64,000 bases of DNA from Azolla caroliniana. Taxonomy: Eukaryota > Plantae > Polypodiophyta. The stretch is from assembly GCA_043228905.1 (NCBI GenBank), contig JBHGNT010000001.1:31620001-31684000 (forward strand). Reading direction: 5' to 3'. Positions 1 to 12,243 of this stretch are shown here, in pieces. The first letter of the stretch is position 1, and every line of letters starts with the position of its first letter. The translations under genes were made by a program, and so were the position numbers. Below the pieces are notes generated by a model. The model did not search any database. It was not told the origin of the DNA and worked only from the letters and a program-made list of their open reading frames with translations.

Positions 1-1084
1 TTGGAAGTCTTGCTTGGAATGGTGGACCTATCCTGAGTTCGGGAAGTCGAGATACTTGCATTTTCAATCATGATGGTAAGCCTACATTCTTGCTGTCTAT
101 ATATACAACGCACCAACAATGTATTTCTTGCCGTCTATATATACATATCCTAATCATATGTTTGTATTCAATCATACGACAACATCATCTTAGTGTACTT
201 ATATTGTAATAAATGCAATGCAGTGAGAATCAGAGATCATGTTATCATTAAATTGCGAGCGCACGATCAAGAGGTTTGTGGATTGAAATGGTCCCTATCT
301 GGCCAACAGCTTGCAAGTGGAGGAAACGATAACCTTTTACACATATGGGATGTCTCTATGCTGCATAATGGTACAGCAAGCACTTACCTTCATCGATTCA
401 ATGATCACCAAGCAGCAGTCAAAGCATTGGCATGGTGTCCATTCCAAAACAATTTATTGGCATCAGGTGGTGGGACAGCTGATAGATGTATTAAGTTCTG
501 GAATACACAGAATGGTGTTTGTTTAAATAGCGTGGACACAAACTCTCAAGTATGTGCTTTGCAATGGAGCAAGCATGAAAAAGAGCTTCTAAGCTCTCAT
601 GGATTCAGTCAAAATCAGCTCTGCCTCTGGAGATACCCGTCATTGGTGAAGATGGCAGAATTAAGAGGCCATACATCAAGGGTTTTGCATTTGGCTCAGG
701 TAATTTTGAAATATAGAAAGAAACCCTACATTGTGTTTTCCATTTCCCTAGCATTTGGGGAAGCCAATGAAAACATTGAGGCAGAGTCTCGTTTGTTATT
801 CATTGATTTCATGTTGGCAGAATAAATTTATATTTTTTACTAGAACAACGCACATAGTAGAACTCTGTTCTGGTTGCATATGCTTATACTTAACATGTCC
901 TTTTCTATGGCGTTTTATACAGAGTCCAGATGGATATACTGTTGCATCGGCGGCTGGTGATGAAACCTTGAGATTTTGGCAGGTTTTTGGAATTCCGGAG
1001 AACAACTCCAAACATCTTATGAGAACAAAGACTACACAGTCCAGTTGTGGTATTGGCAGCAGTAGCTGCACTATGATTCGATAG
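1..1084 (+). CDS. CDC20: CDC20/Fizzy APC/C activator (WD40), 3' part; exons <1-75, 224-699, 923-1084
   Basis: Motifs [61 protein letters not shown] and C-terminal IR tail; GT-AG introns restore the frame. Confidence 0.93.
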
Positions 1085-1404
1085 ATTCATTTCAGCATCG
1101 TGATTATAATATGCTGTCACAGAGAAAATCCAATCAATTCTCTCCCTCTTCAGTTTACCAAAATGGTGGAAAATGGTAACCATGTGAATATGTTGCACAG
1201 ATCATTTGACCCTCATTAACAGCTAAAGTGATGGAATCTGTGACCAATAATTGTAGAGTAGTGAAGTCGAGCTATGCTATGGTATATTTTCATCTTCTCA
1301 AAGAACAATCAGGTATGTATTTATTTCAGTTAACTTGAAATATGAAAATATAAGTACTCTATTCTATTTAATTTTCTTTTGCATAATAAAAACTACCCTC
1401 GGTA

Positions 1405-2220
1405 AATTGTTGGGTAGTTAAGTGCGGAGCTGTGCTTGGACATTGTTATTATCTCAAGGACAAATCAGGTATGTCTGTAGTGTTATTTTTGTTTCTTTCT
1501 GTACACATCAAATGGAGGTTACAATTCTGTTTTTATTTTTTTGCATAATAAATAAAACCTGCCCTAGTAGAGTATTCTTTTTGTGCACAAAAAATATGCT
1601 GTGGGATCAGCTCTGTAAACATGAAGAGCAAGCACCTTCTTTTTGCACAATAAAACCCTGCCCTTTGGACGGCGTTTTTAAACGCCAACAAGTTTGTGGG
1701 ATTTACAGTCTTTTCCGTATGGTCTGGCAACCATCTATTTTCTTCTATCATAAAGTCAGCATCTTTTTAAATGGCTCAATTGTTATTATTACCAAGGCAT
1801 TACAAAGTGTTTTGCTAGAATGTTAATTTTCAATTATTTAACCTGAAAATATATTTTGTTTTGCATAATTGTTTGGTAGTGGTAAGAGCTGTGTGGACAT
1901 TGTTCTTGTCTCAAAGACAAATCGGGTATGTATGTGTTGTATTTTGTTTCTTTCTGTACACTTAGAAATGTAGGTATACAGATCTGTTTCTTTTTTTTGC
2001 ATAATAAATAAAACCGCCCTACAGTAGAGGGTATGCCTAACCTTTCTTAAAACCCTGCCCTTGAACGGCGTTTTTAAACGCCAACAAATTTGTGGGATTT
2101 ACAATCTTTTCACGTATGGTCTGGCAACCATCTATTTTTTTTCATCATAAATATAAATCCCCTCAGCATCTTTTTAATAAATGGCTCAACTATTATTATT
2201 ACCAATACGCATTACAAAGT
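1405..2220. repeat. Imperfect tandem duplication, unit ~460 bp, downstream of CDC20
   Basis: Blocks GAGCTGTG..GGACATTGTT, AAAACCCTGCCC..GGCGTTTTTAAACGCCAACAA and GTATGGTCTGGCAACCATCTATTTT occur twice in the same order. Confidence 0.8.
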
Positions 2221-2349
2221 TGTACACCAAACTTTTAAGTATACAATTTGAAGAAATAAAGTATACAATTTTGTAACTAGTAAAATGTATAGTTAGTTTT
2301 ATACACCACTCTATACCAATGCTTCAGCATTACAAACTAACAGGAAATC

Positions 2350-2900
2350 CAGATTGGACATTAAACAAGTTTGTGAACTATCGAAAATAGAATTTCAAAA
2401 TAGTTTTAACATCAACAAAATTAATCCAGATTAAAAAACATCTGAACATAAATTAAAGATCAAGATTGAAACATTAAACAAGTTTGTGAACTATCGAAAA
2501 TAGAATTTCAAAATAGGTTTAACATCAACAAAAATTAATCCAGATTACAAAACATCTGAAACACAAATTAAACATCAAGACAACTAGCTTAATTAGATTG
2601 CATATTGCACGACATGAATCTCCATTACAAAAACTGAAAGACCATGAACTACAGTGCACAGAACTGCTAAATAAAACCTCACATTACAGCATAAATCTTA
2701 AAACCTTGCATTATGGCATATATCTTAAAAAATCAATTGCATACTATTGTAAGGCGCATCTCCATTATAAAAATATTTGATTCTTTGCATAAATCTTAAA
2801 AAACCTTGCAATATGGCATAAATCTTAAAAATCAATTGCATACTATTGTAAGGTGCATCTCCATTAACCTTACATCTCCATTACAAAAATATTTGATTCA
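2350..2900. repeat. Two adjacent short tandem duplications (units ~113 bp and ~98 bp)
   Basis: ACATTAAACAAGTTTGTGAACTATCGAAAATAGAATTTCAAAATAG occurs twice; AAAATCAATTGCATACTATTGTAAGG occurs twice. Confidence 0.8.
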
Positions 2901-2992
2901 AGATATTTGCATGTTATTGATGAAAGAGGACCCCTTATTCACAAAAACAAAAAAAAGATCACACAAAGCACTGCAGCTGCTTGAGAGCATCC

Positions 2993-3737
2993 TCAAGGGT
3001 TGCTGCCACCACCTGTTACTGTACTCTTCACAGCTTCCATTGCTTCTCTCGCCTTATCGCCAGCCTAAGACACAGAAAAAGGGGCAATAGATATGTTCAT
3101 ATATTCGTCACAAAAAGCCTCAGATACTCAAAAATGATTTCAGCATTGATCATTACTTGTTCCATGAGACTCCCTGCTTGCTCTTTAGCTTGGGTGGCTT
3201 TTTCTTGGGCAGCTTGAGTGGCCTCCATACCCTTCTCTTGCGCTGATTGCGCCATTCCCTTGCCTTGCTCCTTCACTTCTCCTGCCTTCTCCTGGGTTGC
3301 CTGGGATGCCTCTGAAGCTTTGGCCTGCAAATCCCAAGAACACGCGAGAGTCAGTTTTACATAAAGACATGAATTTTATGGTGCAGAGTTTCTTTAAAAA
3401 CACCTGATAATAGGAAAACAATAGTACGCACACTAACTACTGCTGTACTTAAAGGATAAACTATATCACTTGTTAAGGCATATATGCACAAGGTGATCAT
3501 CTGCAAAAAATCTCTTTGGGTACTTCATTTTGTTAGGGCATATGCACAAGGTGATCATTGGCAAAAATCTCCTCTATTGTAAAACATGGTACTTACAAAT
3601 AGATTAACTCACTTGGTTAGGACATCATACAAAAATCCGGCACTACAGCACATTTCATCATTCAAAGTTTTTCCTGCAATCTGTACCTTGGTTTCTTCAG
3701 CCTTATGGGAAGCAGCATGAGCTTGGGATTCAGCCAT
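2993..3737 (-). CDS. Group 3 LEA (LEA_4-like) protein, 96 aa; exons 3737-3687, 3324-3157, 3064-2993
   Basis: Spliced product MAESQAHAASHKAEETK-AKASEASQATQEKAGEVKEQ...AAQEKATQAKEQ-AGDKAREAMEAVKSTVTGGGSNP; A/Q/E/K-rich 11-mer repeats; phase-0 GT-AG introns. Confidence 0.85.
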
Positions 3738-3880
3738 GGCGTTTGAGTTAAAATGAAGAAGGGGCTAAGAGAAGAATCACAATTTGACTTCAAAATTCAA
3801 TGATTTAACAGAAATATTTTGGTCAGTAGTGACGATGACAGACAAGCTATACCTGAATAAGAAGGGAGGGACCTAAGCTC

Positions 3881-3937
3881 CATTTATATAGAGGTTCTGA
3901 GTCGGTGTCCTACTGTGCACGTGACGTGCATGCATGC
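3881..3937 (-). promoter_or_regulatory. LEA core promoter: TATA box, DRE/CRT, G-box/ABRE cores and RY element
   Basis: CTATATAAATG on minus strand (~3881-3891); ACCGAC (3901-3906, minus); CACGTG 3918-3923; GACGTG 3923-3928; CATGCATG 3929-3936. Confidence 0.7.
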
Positions 3938-5483
3938 TATATGCTCTTTTTGTTCATTTTTTGGCCTTCCGGAAGAAAATAGTAAGTCAGGAAGAAGAGG
4001 AGATTCTTGGCATGGCTGTATCCTCTGTTTTCTCCCCAAACCCTCATTGTAAGGACATGCCACCAAGTTCTTATTCTTCAGAAAACTATGCGAGAGCTCA
4101 GGATTCCATTGCGAAAATGGTTTCTGGCCATCCGAGTTGACAATATTTAAGAACTTACTACACGAATTTTAAATGTGATACTAGTCGAGGGATTTCGATT
4201 TTTCGTTTGCACATATGTTAAATGATTTAATGGCCTGTCCATTTCTCAAATTAAGTGCTTGCCGTATATTACAAGACCTATGTTTATGTGACTGGCGACT
4301 TGCAATTTATGCCAACTAGTTCGAATGCTCTAGAACAAAAAGCTAGCGATAATGTAGCGCAAAAATTACAATCATGATGTGTATAGGATAGGTTAGGTTA
4401 CGTCTTGTTTTAGCATTCATAGAGAGGCCAATGTTGACCCATGGGATCTAAGTACACAAGTTTTCTTGATGTATGTCCCTTTCCAAAGAAGGGATAGGAA
4501 GGGGGGAATTCCAAGCCACATTACATTGTAGCCTAGGGGCATGCATTGTCCGCATATGTTGAAAAGTTAATTTGAGAAGGTTAGTGGGCGAATTGAAAAG
4601 TTAATTTGGTACATGGGCTATTTCGTAATGAAATTAGTGCTTGCTAAGTACTAATAGGTACTAATGCAAAGCCTTATGCTGCTACTAGTGGCATTGATTT
4701 TCAATTATAAGGTTGTCACAAAGATTAGTGATGCAAATGAGCTATGAACATGTGCTATATTGGAAGACAAATTGGCGGTTTGCGGTATGTATTTCACACC
4801 ACGTATGGGATGTTACTCAATTAGTTAAGTTGGTCACCAATCATATAAGTAGATGTAATTTCATACCTTGCACATTGGGCACATTATCAGTTCATGATTA
4901 TGCTCAAAATAGCATCAATGTCCTCCACAATGAAAGAAGATCCATTTTAAGATGATTGTATCTAAGTAGTGTTTTTCTTTTGGTTTGACATGTAAAATTC
5001 ACTCTCTAACTAAAGTCTTGTTCCTATCATCACACAAATATGGTATCACATCTCATTGATTGAAACTCAAGGCCAAGATGGCCCTCACACCAAGTGAAAA
5101 TGGAATGTGATAAAGACATGTCCCTGAACACAAGTGATATGAATGTCCATAATGAAGAACATGAATAATTTGACACAATGATGGGGGTTCGAATACATTT
5201 TTGCACTAAATCTATCGGAGTTTAAATTTCTAGTACTTGAACTAGGAAAGGCTAAAAGAGAACATTTGTCGGGCCGCATTAGTATCCAAAAGGTAGATAT
5301 AACATCTAACAATTCGAGTTGTTCCTTCAATTCTTTGTCTAAAGTTTCAATCTTTGGCATGAAGCATGAGCAAGTGAATTTAGCAAAGTTATGTTATTTT
5401 CCTTTTTGTTCAACTCACTCCTATTTTTTGTATGCATGTAGATGACCGTGGTTGATAGATAAAATTACACTACCAATTCCAGA

Positions 5484-5553
5484 TGGACATAGCTCATTTG
5501 GTAAGGTTGCCCAATGGAGACCAAGAAGTCATGGGTTGAACCCCCATACTCCA
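5484..5553 (+). other. tRNA-like relic (possible SINE head or tRNA pseudogene)
   Basis: A-box-like TAGCTCATTTGG and a T-arm ATGGG-TTGAACC-CCCAT; no clean anticodon or acceptor stem. Confidence 0.4.
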
Positions 5554-5662
5554 CAGTGTCATCTAGTATAGTGAATTAAGTCGAGATATCTATGGAGTAA
5601 TAGAGAGAGAAAATTGGATCTCAAGCCTAAGGCGAGGCTAGTAGTGTATTAAGGTAATTATG

Positions 5663-5665
<3 letters not shown>

Positions 5666-5754
<89 letters not shown>
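5666..5754. repeat. (GA)n microsatellite
   Basis: Perfect GA run of ~89 bp. Confidence 0.98.
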
Positions 5755-5758
<4 letters not shown>

Positions 5759-6535
5759 CACAAGAGTTAGAAAGTATCTTCTTATCGCAAGTGGAAATAA
5801 GGCTATATGCCCAGTTTCCGAGTTTCCCAAATTTCAAAGTTTGTGTTTTATCTCCACCTTTGCGAGCATCATATTCCATAGTGTAGATTTGAAGCTATCA
5901 ATCCAAAAGTGGCTAACCATTTTATAATAGGGACAATGTCCAAAGTCTCTAACATGTTCAAGATGAACCATGTGGTGTGAATGAAGACCACTATAGTTGA
6001 TAGCTAATAAAGCAAAAGGCAAAAAATGTTATCATCTCAAACAAGGAATCCATCAATGGGTCATGCAACCATTGATTTTGTATGCTCGTGTTAATCAACC
6101 AACCTATAATACTTAATAGGAATTTGTGACCTTAAAAATGTGCGTCATAAACCAACCAAGAACCCCATGATTGGATGCCACTTCTCATTTCGTAGTTGAG
6201 TCTTTGGGGCGCTTGTAGTAACTCACCAAAAGTGTAGATATTTACCTTTAATATTTGGCACACATGTTATTCAGGTATGTGAATATACTTTAACATGCCT
6301 AAACAATACAAAATTGACTTGACTAAACTATATGTTCTACAAATACCTGGTTGTCAAGCACCATAGACATCGTGACACTCACAAATAATGGTATCATGGA
6401 GTTACTTTGCTAGAGGAACTAATGTGCGTCCTTTATGGAGGAGAAAATCATCACCCAAGGAAATTGTATTGGTGAGGAATTCAACTTGGGCATCATCAAC
6501 TTCTCATTATTCATTAACCCTCATACTTGGGGTTC

Positions 6536-6613
6536 AAATCCTATCAACTTAGTATGGTTGTAAATCCTATCAACTTAGTATGGTTGTAAATCCTATCAAC
6601 TTAGTATGGTTGT
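6536..6613. repeat. 26-bp minisatellite x3
   Basis: AAATCCTATCAACTTAGTATGGTTGT repeated three times. Confidence 0.95.
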
Positions 6614-6987
6614 ACACATGAACTCAAGTGAAGGATTTCATCAGAGAATCTTACTAAACCAACATACCTACACCCATTTCGTCTCTCCGTTTTTGTCTCT
6701 GTCTATGGCTTTTGATTGTCAAGCTCCCAATCTCCAACTTCTCATATAGCTAAGGCACACTCTCAAACATCACATCCGAGCTATGGGAGAGAGCCGCAAA
6801 CTTATCACACAGGTGAGTCCAAAAACCCTAAACTCATAATGTGTGGCACTTGAGCCTCATCTCGTGGAGCCTTTCTACACATTTCTCACTTCAGTTGTAA
6901 TTTGTCACACCTTTGGCCTCTCAATAGTTTTCTCTCTCTTTTCACCTTATAAGTTATGTGTTGTGATACAAAATCACTACCAGAATA

Positions 6988-7021
<34 letters not shown>

Positions 7022-7101
7022 ATGGTCACACCTCAGCCTCATATCTTATACTTTGGCTAATCTCTCTCTCTCTCTCTCTGACAGAGAAGATTGTAGAGTT
7101 C

Positions 7102-7755
7102 ATGAGCAGTATGATGCTCAGCCATGGAACCTGGCTCTGCAAACTCCCTCTACCATCGTCGTCATCATCATCATCCTATGCCTCTGCATCATATTCATGG
7201 CTCCCCTGTTCTCCACGGATCGCACCCATCGTAGCTAGGGCTGTAAAACAGAACCCGAAAGGGTTCGGGCCGGTCGCAGATCAACAATCACCATCAAAAG
7301 CCCCTCTCAAGAGGAAGAAGAAGAAAAAGGGTGGGGGGAAGGCCACATTCTCAACAGATGAAGAGGATTACGATGACGAATGGGACGATGAAGAAGAAGA
7401 AGAAGAAGAAGAGGCGGACCCGGACGAGGATGTGGTTCCGGAGGTGGTAACGAATCGGATGCTGAAGAGGATTGGGTATGGGGTGGGCATCCCTCTAGGG
7501 TTAGGGTTACTGTTCTTCCCTATCTTCTGGTACCTCAAGGTGGGCTTGAAGGTGGATGTGCCAGAGTGGTTGCCCCTACTGGTCTCTGGCCTCTTCTTTG
7601 GGAGCTCTGGCTTTGGCATCACTTATGGTATTGTGTCCACCAGCTGGGACCCTAAACGTGAAGGCTCCCTCCTTGGCTGGACAGAAGCCCAGGCCAATTG
7701 GCCCCTCTTCTTCAACAACTTGCAAGGCCAAAAGACCAAGAAGACCAAGCTGTAA
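7102..7755 (+). CDS. PAM68: PAM68 family thylakoid protein (DUF3464), intronless
   Basis: Ser-rich transit peptide, PKGFG, acidic tract, VPEVVTNRMLKRI, two TM segments, GITYGIVSTSWDPKREGSLLGWTEAQANWP. Confidence 0.92.
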   Translation: MSSMMLSHGTWLCKLPLPSSSSSSSYASASYSWLPCSPRIAPIVARAVKQNPKGFGPVADQQSPSKAPLKRKKKKKGGGKATFSTDEEDYDDEWDDEEEEEEEEADPDEDVVPEVVTNRMLKRIGYGVGIPLGLGLLFFPIFWYLKVGLKVDVPEWLPLLVSGLFFGSSGFGITYGIVSTSWDPKREGSLLGWTEAQANWPLFFNNLQGQKTKKTKL

Positions 7756-10700
7756 ATGATTTCCTCGCTAGAGCTGCCGAAATCTCGATCCTTGATGATT
7801 CTAACCAGAAGCAAAACATACATTTTTTACATTGTTATGCTCCTTTTTTAGTAATGGATTATTACATACACACTACCACCATAACCTTGTTGTTGCTGTT
7901 GTTGTTTGTACCTGTTTTCCATTTTCTTTGGAAATTTCATTGAATCATGATATGCTATCTATCCATAGAAAAAGCATACATATGATTTGAGTTGAACATG
8001 GTGAGTTAAGGGATTTGCTTATGGGCTTAAAAGTAAGAAGAGTAGTAGGCTTGCCCCTTAGCTATTGGAAATCCGCTTGTCACTTCCCATCAAACTTTCT
8101 GAGGATGGAAGAAGCTACTATGTAGACACCCACACATGCACACATTGTTCATTCTCTTTTATAGATATTGATTACATATTATTGGTGTGGAGCTTCTCTC
8201 TCCTTCTCCTTCTTTTATATTCATACTGCTTGTGGTTCAGTATGTCATTCTCGTTGCTTCTTACTTAGTCTTGGTTTTGGGCTTTGGTAATGTTGGAATG
8301 ATGAGGTTTGATAGTTATGGATCATTGCCATTAGAGTAAAGTCTCTTCAACTATATGAAAGGAAAGAAGAAAGCTGCCATATATGTACATAAACTATTAA
8401 TTCTCCTCAATGGATGCATCATGCCCTTATGAAGAAAGGAAGGAAACTCAACCCCCCCCCCCCCCCCCCTTGCATAATAATGCGATTCTTGAAGTTTATG
8501 TGTACTAATTTTTCCTTTTTGGCACAATTACTGAGTTTTGATAATATTATATGAACATATCCAAACTTCCACATTATTATGTGACCATAATAAACCCAAT
8601 GTCTGTAGGATGGCCTCTTCGTTCAACCAATTCTTGATTGGGTGGTCTTGGTATTTTTCATTGGCTCTAGGCTCATTAGCTATTGAACTCTCTTTGCAAT
8701 TTCGGTGCTTATGGTCTCACTGACCCATTAGCTCTTACTTAAGGTGGCATTTGCAATATATACTGCCAATAACGTGGCCTTTATGCTCATAATAGCTTCA
8801 CATAACTTCCCATTATTTGGACATAGCTTCACATAACTTTATTAAGAAGAAGAGGAAGAGTTCAGCTAGGGTAAGGAGCTAAAACACTCAAACACTTAAT
8901 ACACATTGACCCATCAAGTACACCATTGTGGAGACCACTAGCATCCAAAAAGCCCACTTTTCTTATATTGGGGCTTCTTCCTTTCCACTATGACATTTTC
9001 TTGTGGTACGAATCTACATGTAAAAGTCAGCATTGGATCCCTACCCTCTAGAGGAATTTTAGTGGCATGAGAGATCAATTGTATGTGATAACATGGATGT
9101 AAACATATCTGAAAAATATTCTCTTCACTACCATACCTGATGTAATGGATCTTCCACCCAATCTCATTATCCACCAATCTTTTGAATGGCAATAGTGTGT
9201 GAATACTTCATACTTCGATTAAGTATGCTATACCTACGCGTGGCTGGCAATAGTGATCATCGAGGAAATTGATATATTCAGTAGCATCACTCTTCTTTTT
9301 GTGACATCCCACCCCACCCCTCATGGCATAGTTTCCCTTGGTTTGTGTTGATGAGACTTCCCATGTTTCCAGAGTTCCCTCTTCCACTTGTGGTCATCAT
9401 CGATAGAAATACTCTTGTGTTGCATTAGTGTGAACTTTGACACATTGCAAGCGTGATTGTTGATGACAAGCATCTCTTTTCCAGATTGTCGATGCATCCG
9501 TCGGACAATTTGTGGACTATTATCCAACGGACTATTGATTGTACGTAGCAACGTGTGGTCTAGCATACATGTGGATACATGGTGGAGATAATCTAGTTGC
9601 CATCGTCCTGAATACAAAGAACACGTTCCATTTGTGACAAGGGTAGGCACACGTTTTGACACGATTGCATTCACACATAAGGTTGTGGTTGAGGTTAACT
9701 TGTGAATGGGGTTTGGGAAAAAAGTTGGTTGGTATAAAAAACTCAAGTTATATGTTGTGACACAATAAGCAAACACCCACATAAGGACTAGTAAATAGAA
9801 GACTGCCCATGAGCCATGCTTACAACATATATCTATGAGGGAATGTGACCAACATATATTAAGTTTTCCTATGTGCCGTATTAGGTGATTTATTCAAATT
9901 GTGTATATAATGTCTTCTTCACCACTCTACCTATATTATTCTTCAATTACATGGTGCTCATTTTGTGATGTCTCTTTGTGAATTTTACTCCCACTCAACA
10001 GCTTGACTCTTAACCAATCCACCAAGTAAACAATAGGTAACTTTTTTTAACTCCCAATATGACATGCTTTGAATTTCGTTCTTCTTATCTGCAAGATTTC
10101 TTCTTTCTTCGAACAAGCCCATCAAGTGCGGAGTAAAGCAAGGTTATATATTTGAAGCTCATTATTTCGTTTGATAAACAAAAAGTAAAGTAGAGTTTGA
10201 ACATCATGAAGGTTGTGTGTATGAAATTATTTAGTTCACATGAAACAACCAAATATATTCATTTGCTATTTTTCATCAAACTTCCAAAAAAATATTTGAT
10301 AGGTATGAGGGCTTTGCATGAGCTCACATGCTACAATTTATATAAAATTAAGTAAAATGTTTTGCCATCTTCAACACAAACTGTACGACAAAATATTTGT
10401 TGAATCTAGTCGCTTGATATTTCCCTATCTTCAACTAAGACCTCGATGGTAGCTTGTAGCCTCTGTATCCTTGATATGACTAAATAAGAATCATTTTGAT
10501 TGATCAACAATACGAAAGGCTAAAGATAAGTCCAATCACGCAAACTTTTTGCAAAAGTGATTTCTATTCGGTTTAATGGTTGATGATAAAGCTTTCTCTA
10601 CCATAAAGATACACACCGCTTCTTCTTTTTTGTTCTATATGCTTTATGCACCGTAAGTTTATAGATTTCCGTCTTAGTCCCACAATATAATAATACCATG

Positions 10701-11430
10701 TTGTAGAAGTTCATTTTAGCAATGTCAAATGCTAAAATGCAATACGACATCTTAAAAGAGATATTACTCTACATTAATCAACATCGTCAGTGCTCTTGTT
10801 AGCATAACAAGAATAATGTCTATTTTTGTCAGGACACCCGCATTGCCAATGTCTTTATTCTAAATGACACTTCAATAGATGGTAACAAACCACAAACACA
10901 TTTCTTACAAGTGTTGCTGGTCTCAATTAGTGGGAAATGTTAATGTTTTCTTTCGACAAATATTGATGATATTTCTTCAACATCACATGGTTTTTAGTGT
11001 TATAGATTTATGGAATTTGGTCTCTGGCTAGAGTTCTCTAGCCTCCAACATTGTAATGTTGTCCAAATTTAAAAAAAAGATGTATTCACCTTCTTTTTTG
11101 TTTGTTTGAATTGTTGCATGTGACTTAATGTGTTTGAAGAATGAGAATGGCGTTATTGAAAATGATGCACTTAAAATGTTTAAGTGTACCCAAATTTTCG
11201 ACACGTTTATCTTAAACAACATGTGTACCTTCACATCAGACATCGAGGAGCTTGATGTTTTCATGTCACGTGGATGCCCCATACGTTTCTTACAATTGCA
11301 AACATGTACGAAAGGTGACATTCATAAATTCCAAGTGGTGTGGCAATAGTTTTAGAAGCTTGGAGGGTTTTGTCTTTTTACTCGATACACATTTGCCTTC
11401 CACAAGGCGACGATATTGGTGCCAAACCTT

Positions 11431-12243
11431 GGGGGGGGGGGGGGGGGGGGGGGGGATGTGCAAGCCATTTCCGAGTTAGAAGAAGTGTGGGTCGGTGAAT
11501 ATGGGCCGAGCTTAGTGCATCAATATGAATACGATGCGATATGCAATGATAAAAATTCGGGGGTTTTGGATGGGCGGGCGGACATTTGGTGAGATTGGAG
11601 GATGATAAGCAGCAAGTGCCCCTTGAGTGATGAGACAAAGATAAGCTTACCACATACATTCATACACACACACACACACGCAGATATAGCAAGCACCAAA
11701 AGAAGAAGAAGAAGAAGAAGAAGAAGAAGAAGAAGGCACATACTGTGTATGTGATCTTCTTCCTTTTTGATCGATTTTATGTTGTATTTTGGAGGGGTGG
11801 GTGGGTCCAAAAGACGAGACAGACAGACAGACGTAATATGTTACGTGTATGTATGTATCAGTATGTATCACAACGTGTGATGGTATGTATGTATGTATGT
11901 ATGTATGTTTGTTTGTTTAGAGAAGAAACATGTGACGAATATGTATGTTTTGTATCAGTACATACATACATATGTATAGTATGTATGGTATGGTATGGTA
12001 TGTCTGTCTGTCTGTCTGTATGTGTTGTTTAGTAAAAACATGTGACCAAAATTTATGTTCTCTCTCTCTCTCTCTCACACACATTCTGTTCGTCGCATGT
12101 AGTAGTACATATGCCCCCCCACACACCCATTTCTCACAGTTGAAATATTCGTATATGTATGTATATCTCGTGGATTAATGGCGAGCTTCTCTGACAACTC
12201 ATCTCCATCTCCATCTCCATCTCCATCTCCATCTCCATCTCCA
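11431..12243. repeat. Dense compound microsatellite field upstream of and into CAMTA exon 1
   Basis: G25, (CA)n, (AGA)n, (AGAC)n, (GTAT)n, (TATGG)n, (GTCT)n, (CT)n and (ATCTCC)n within ~800 bp. Confidence 0.9.

Noticed and set aside
5627-5879. ORFs with (SL)n tracts
   Set aside because: Artefacts of the (GA)n microsatellite.
9321-9782. 153-aa ORF and other short intergenic ORFs at 8-11.4 kb
   Set aside because: No recognisable domain or splice structure.
8452-11455. C18 and G25 runs as terminal inverted repeats of a 3-kb transposon
   Set aside because: Adjacent sequence does not extend the inverted match, and no TSD or recognisable transposase was found. The region may still hold decayed TE sequence.
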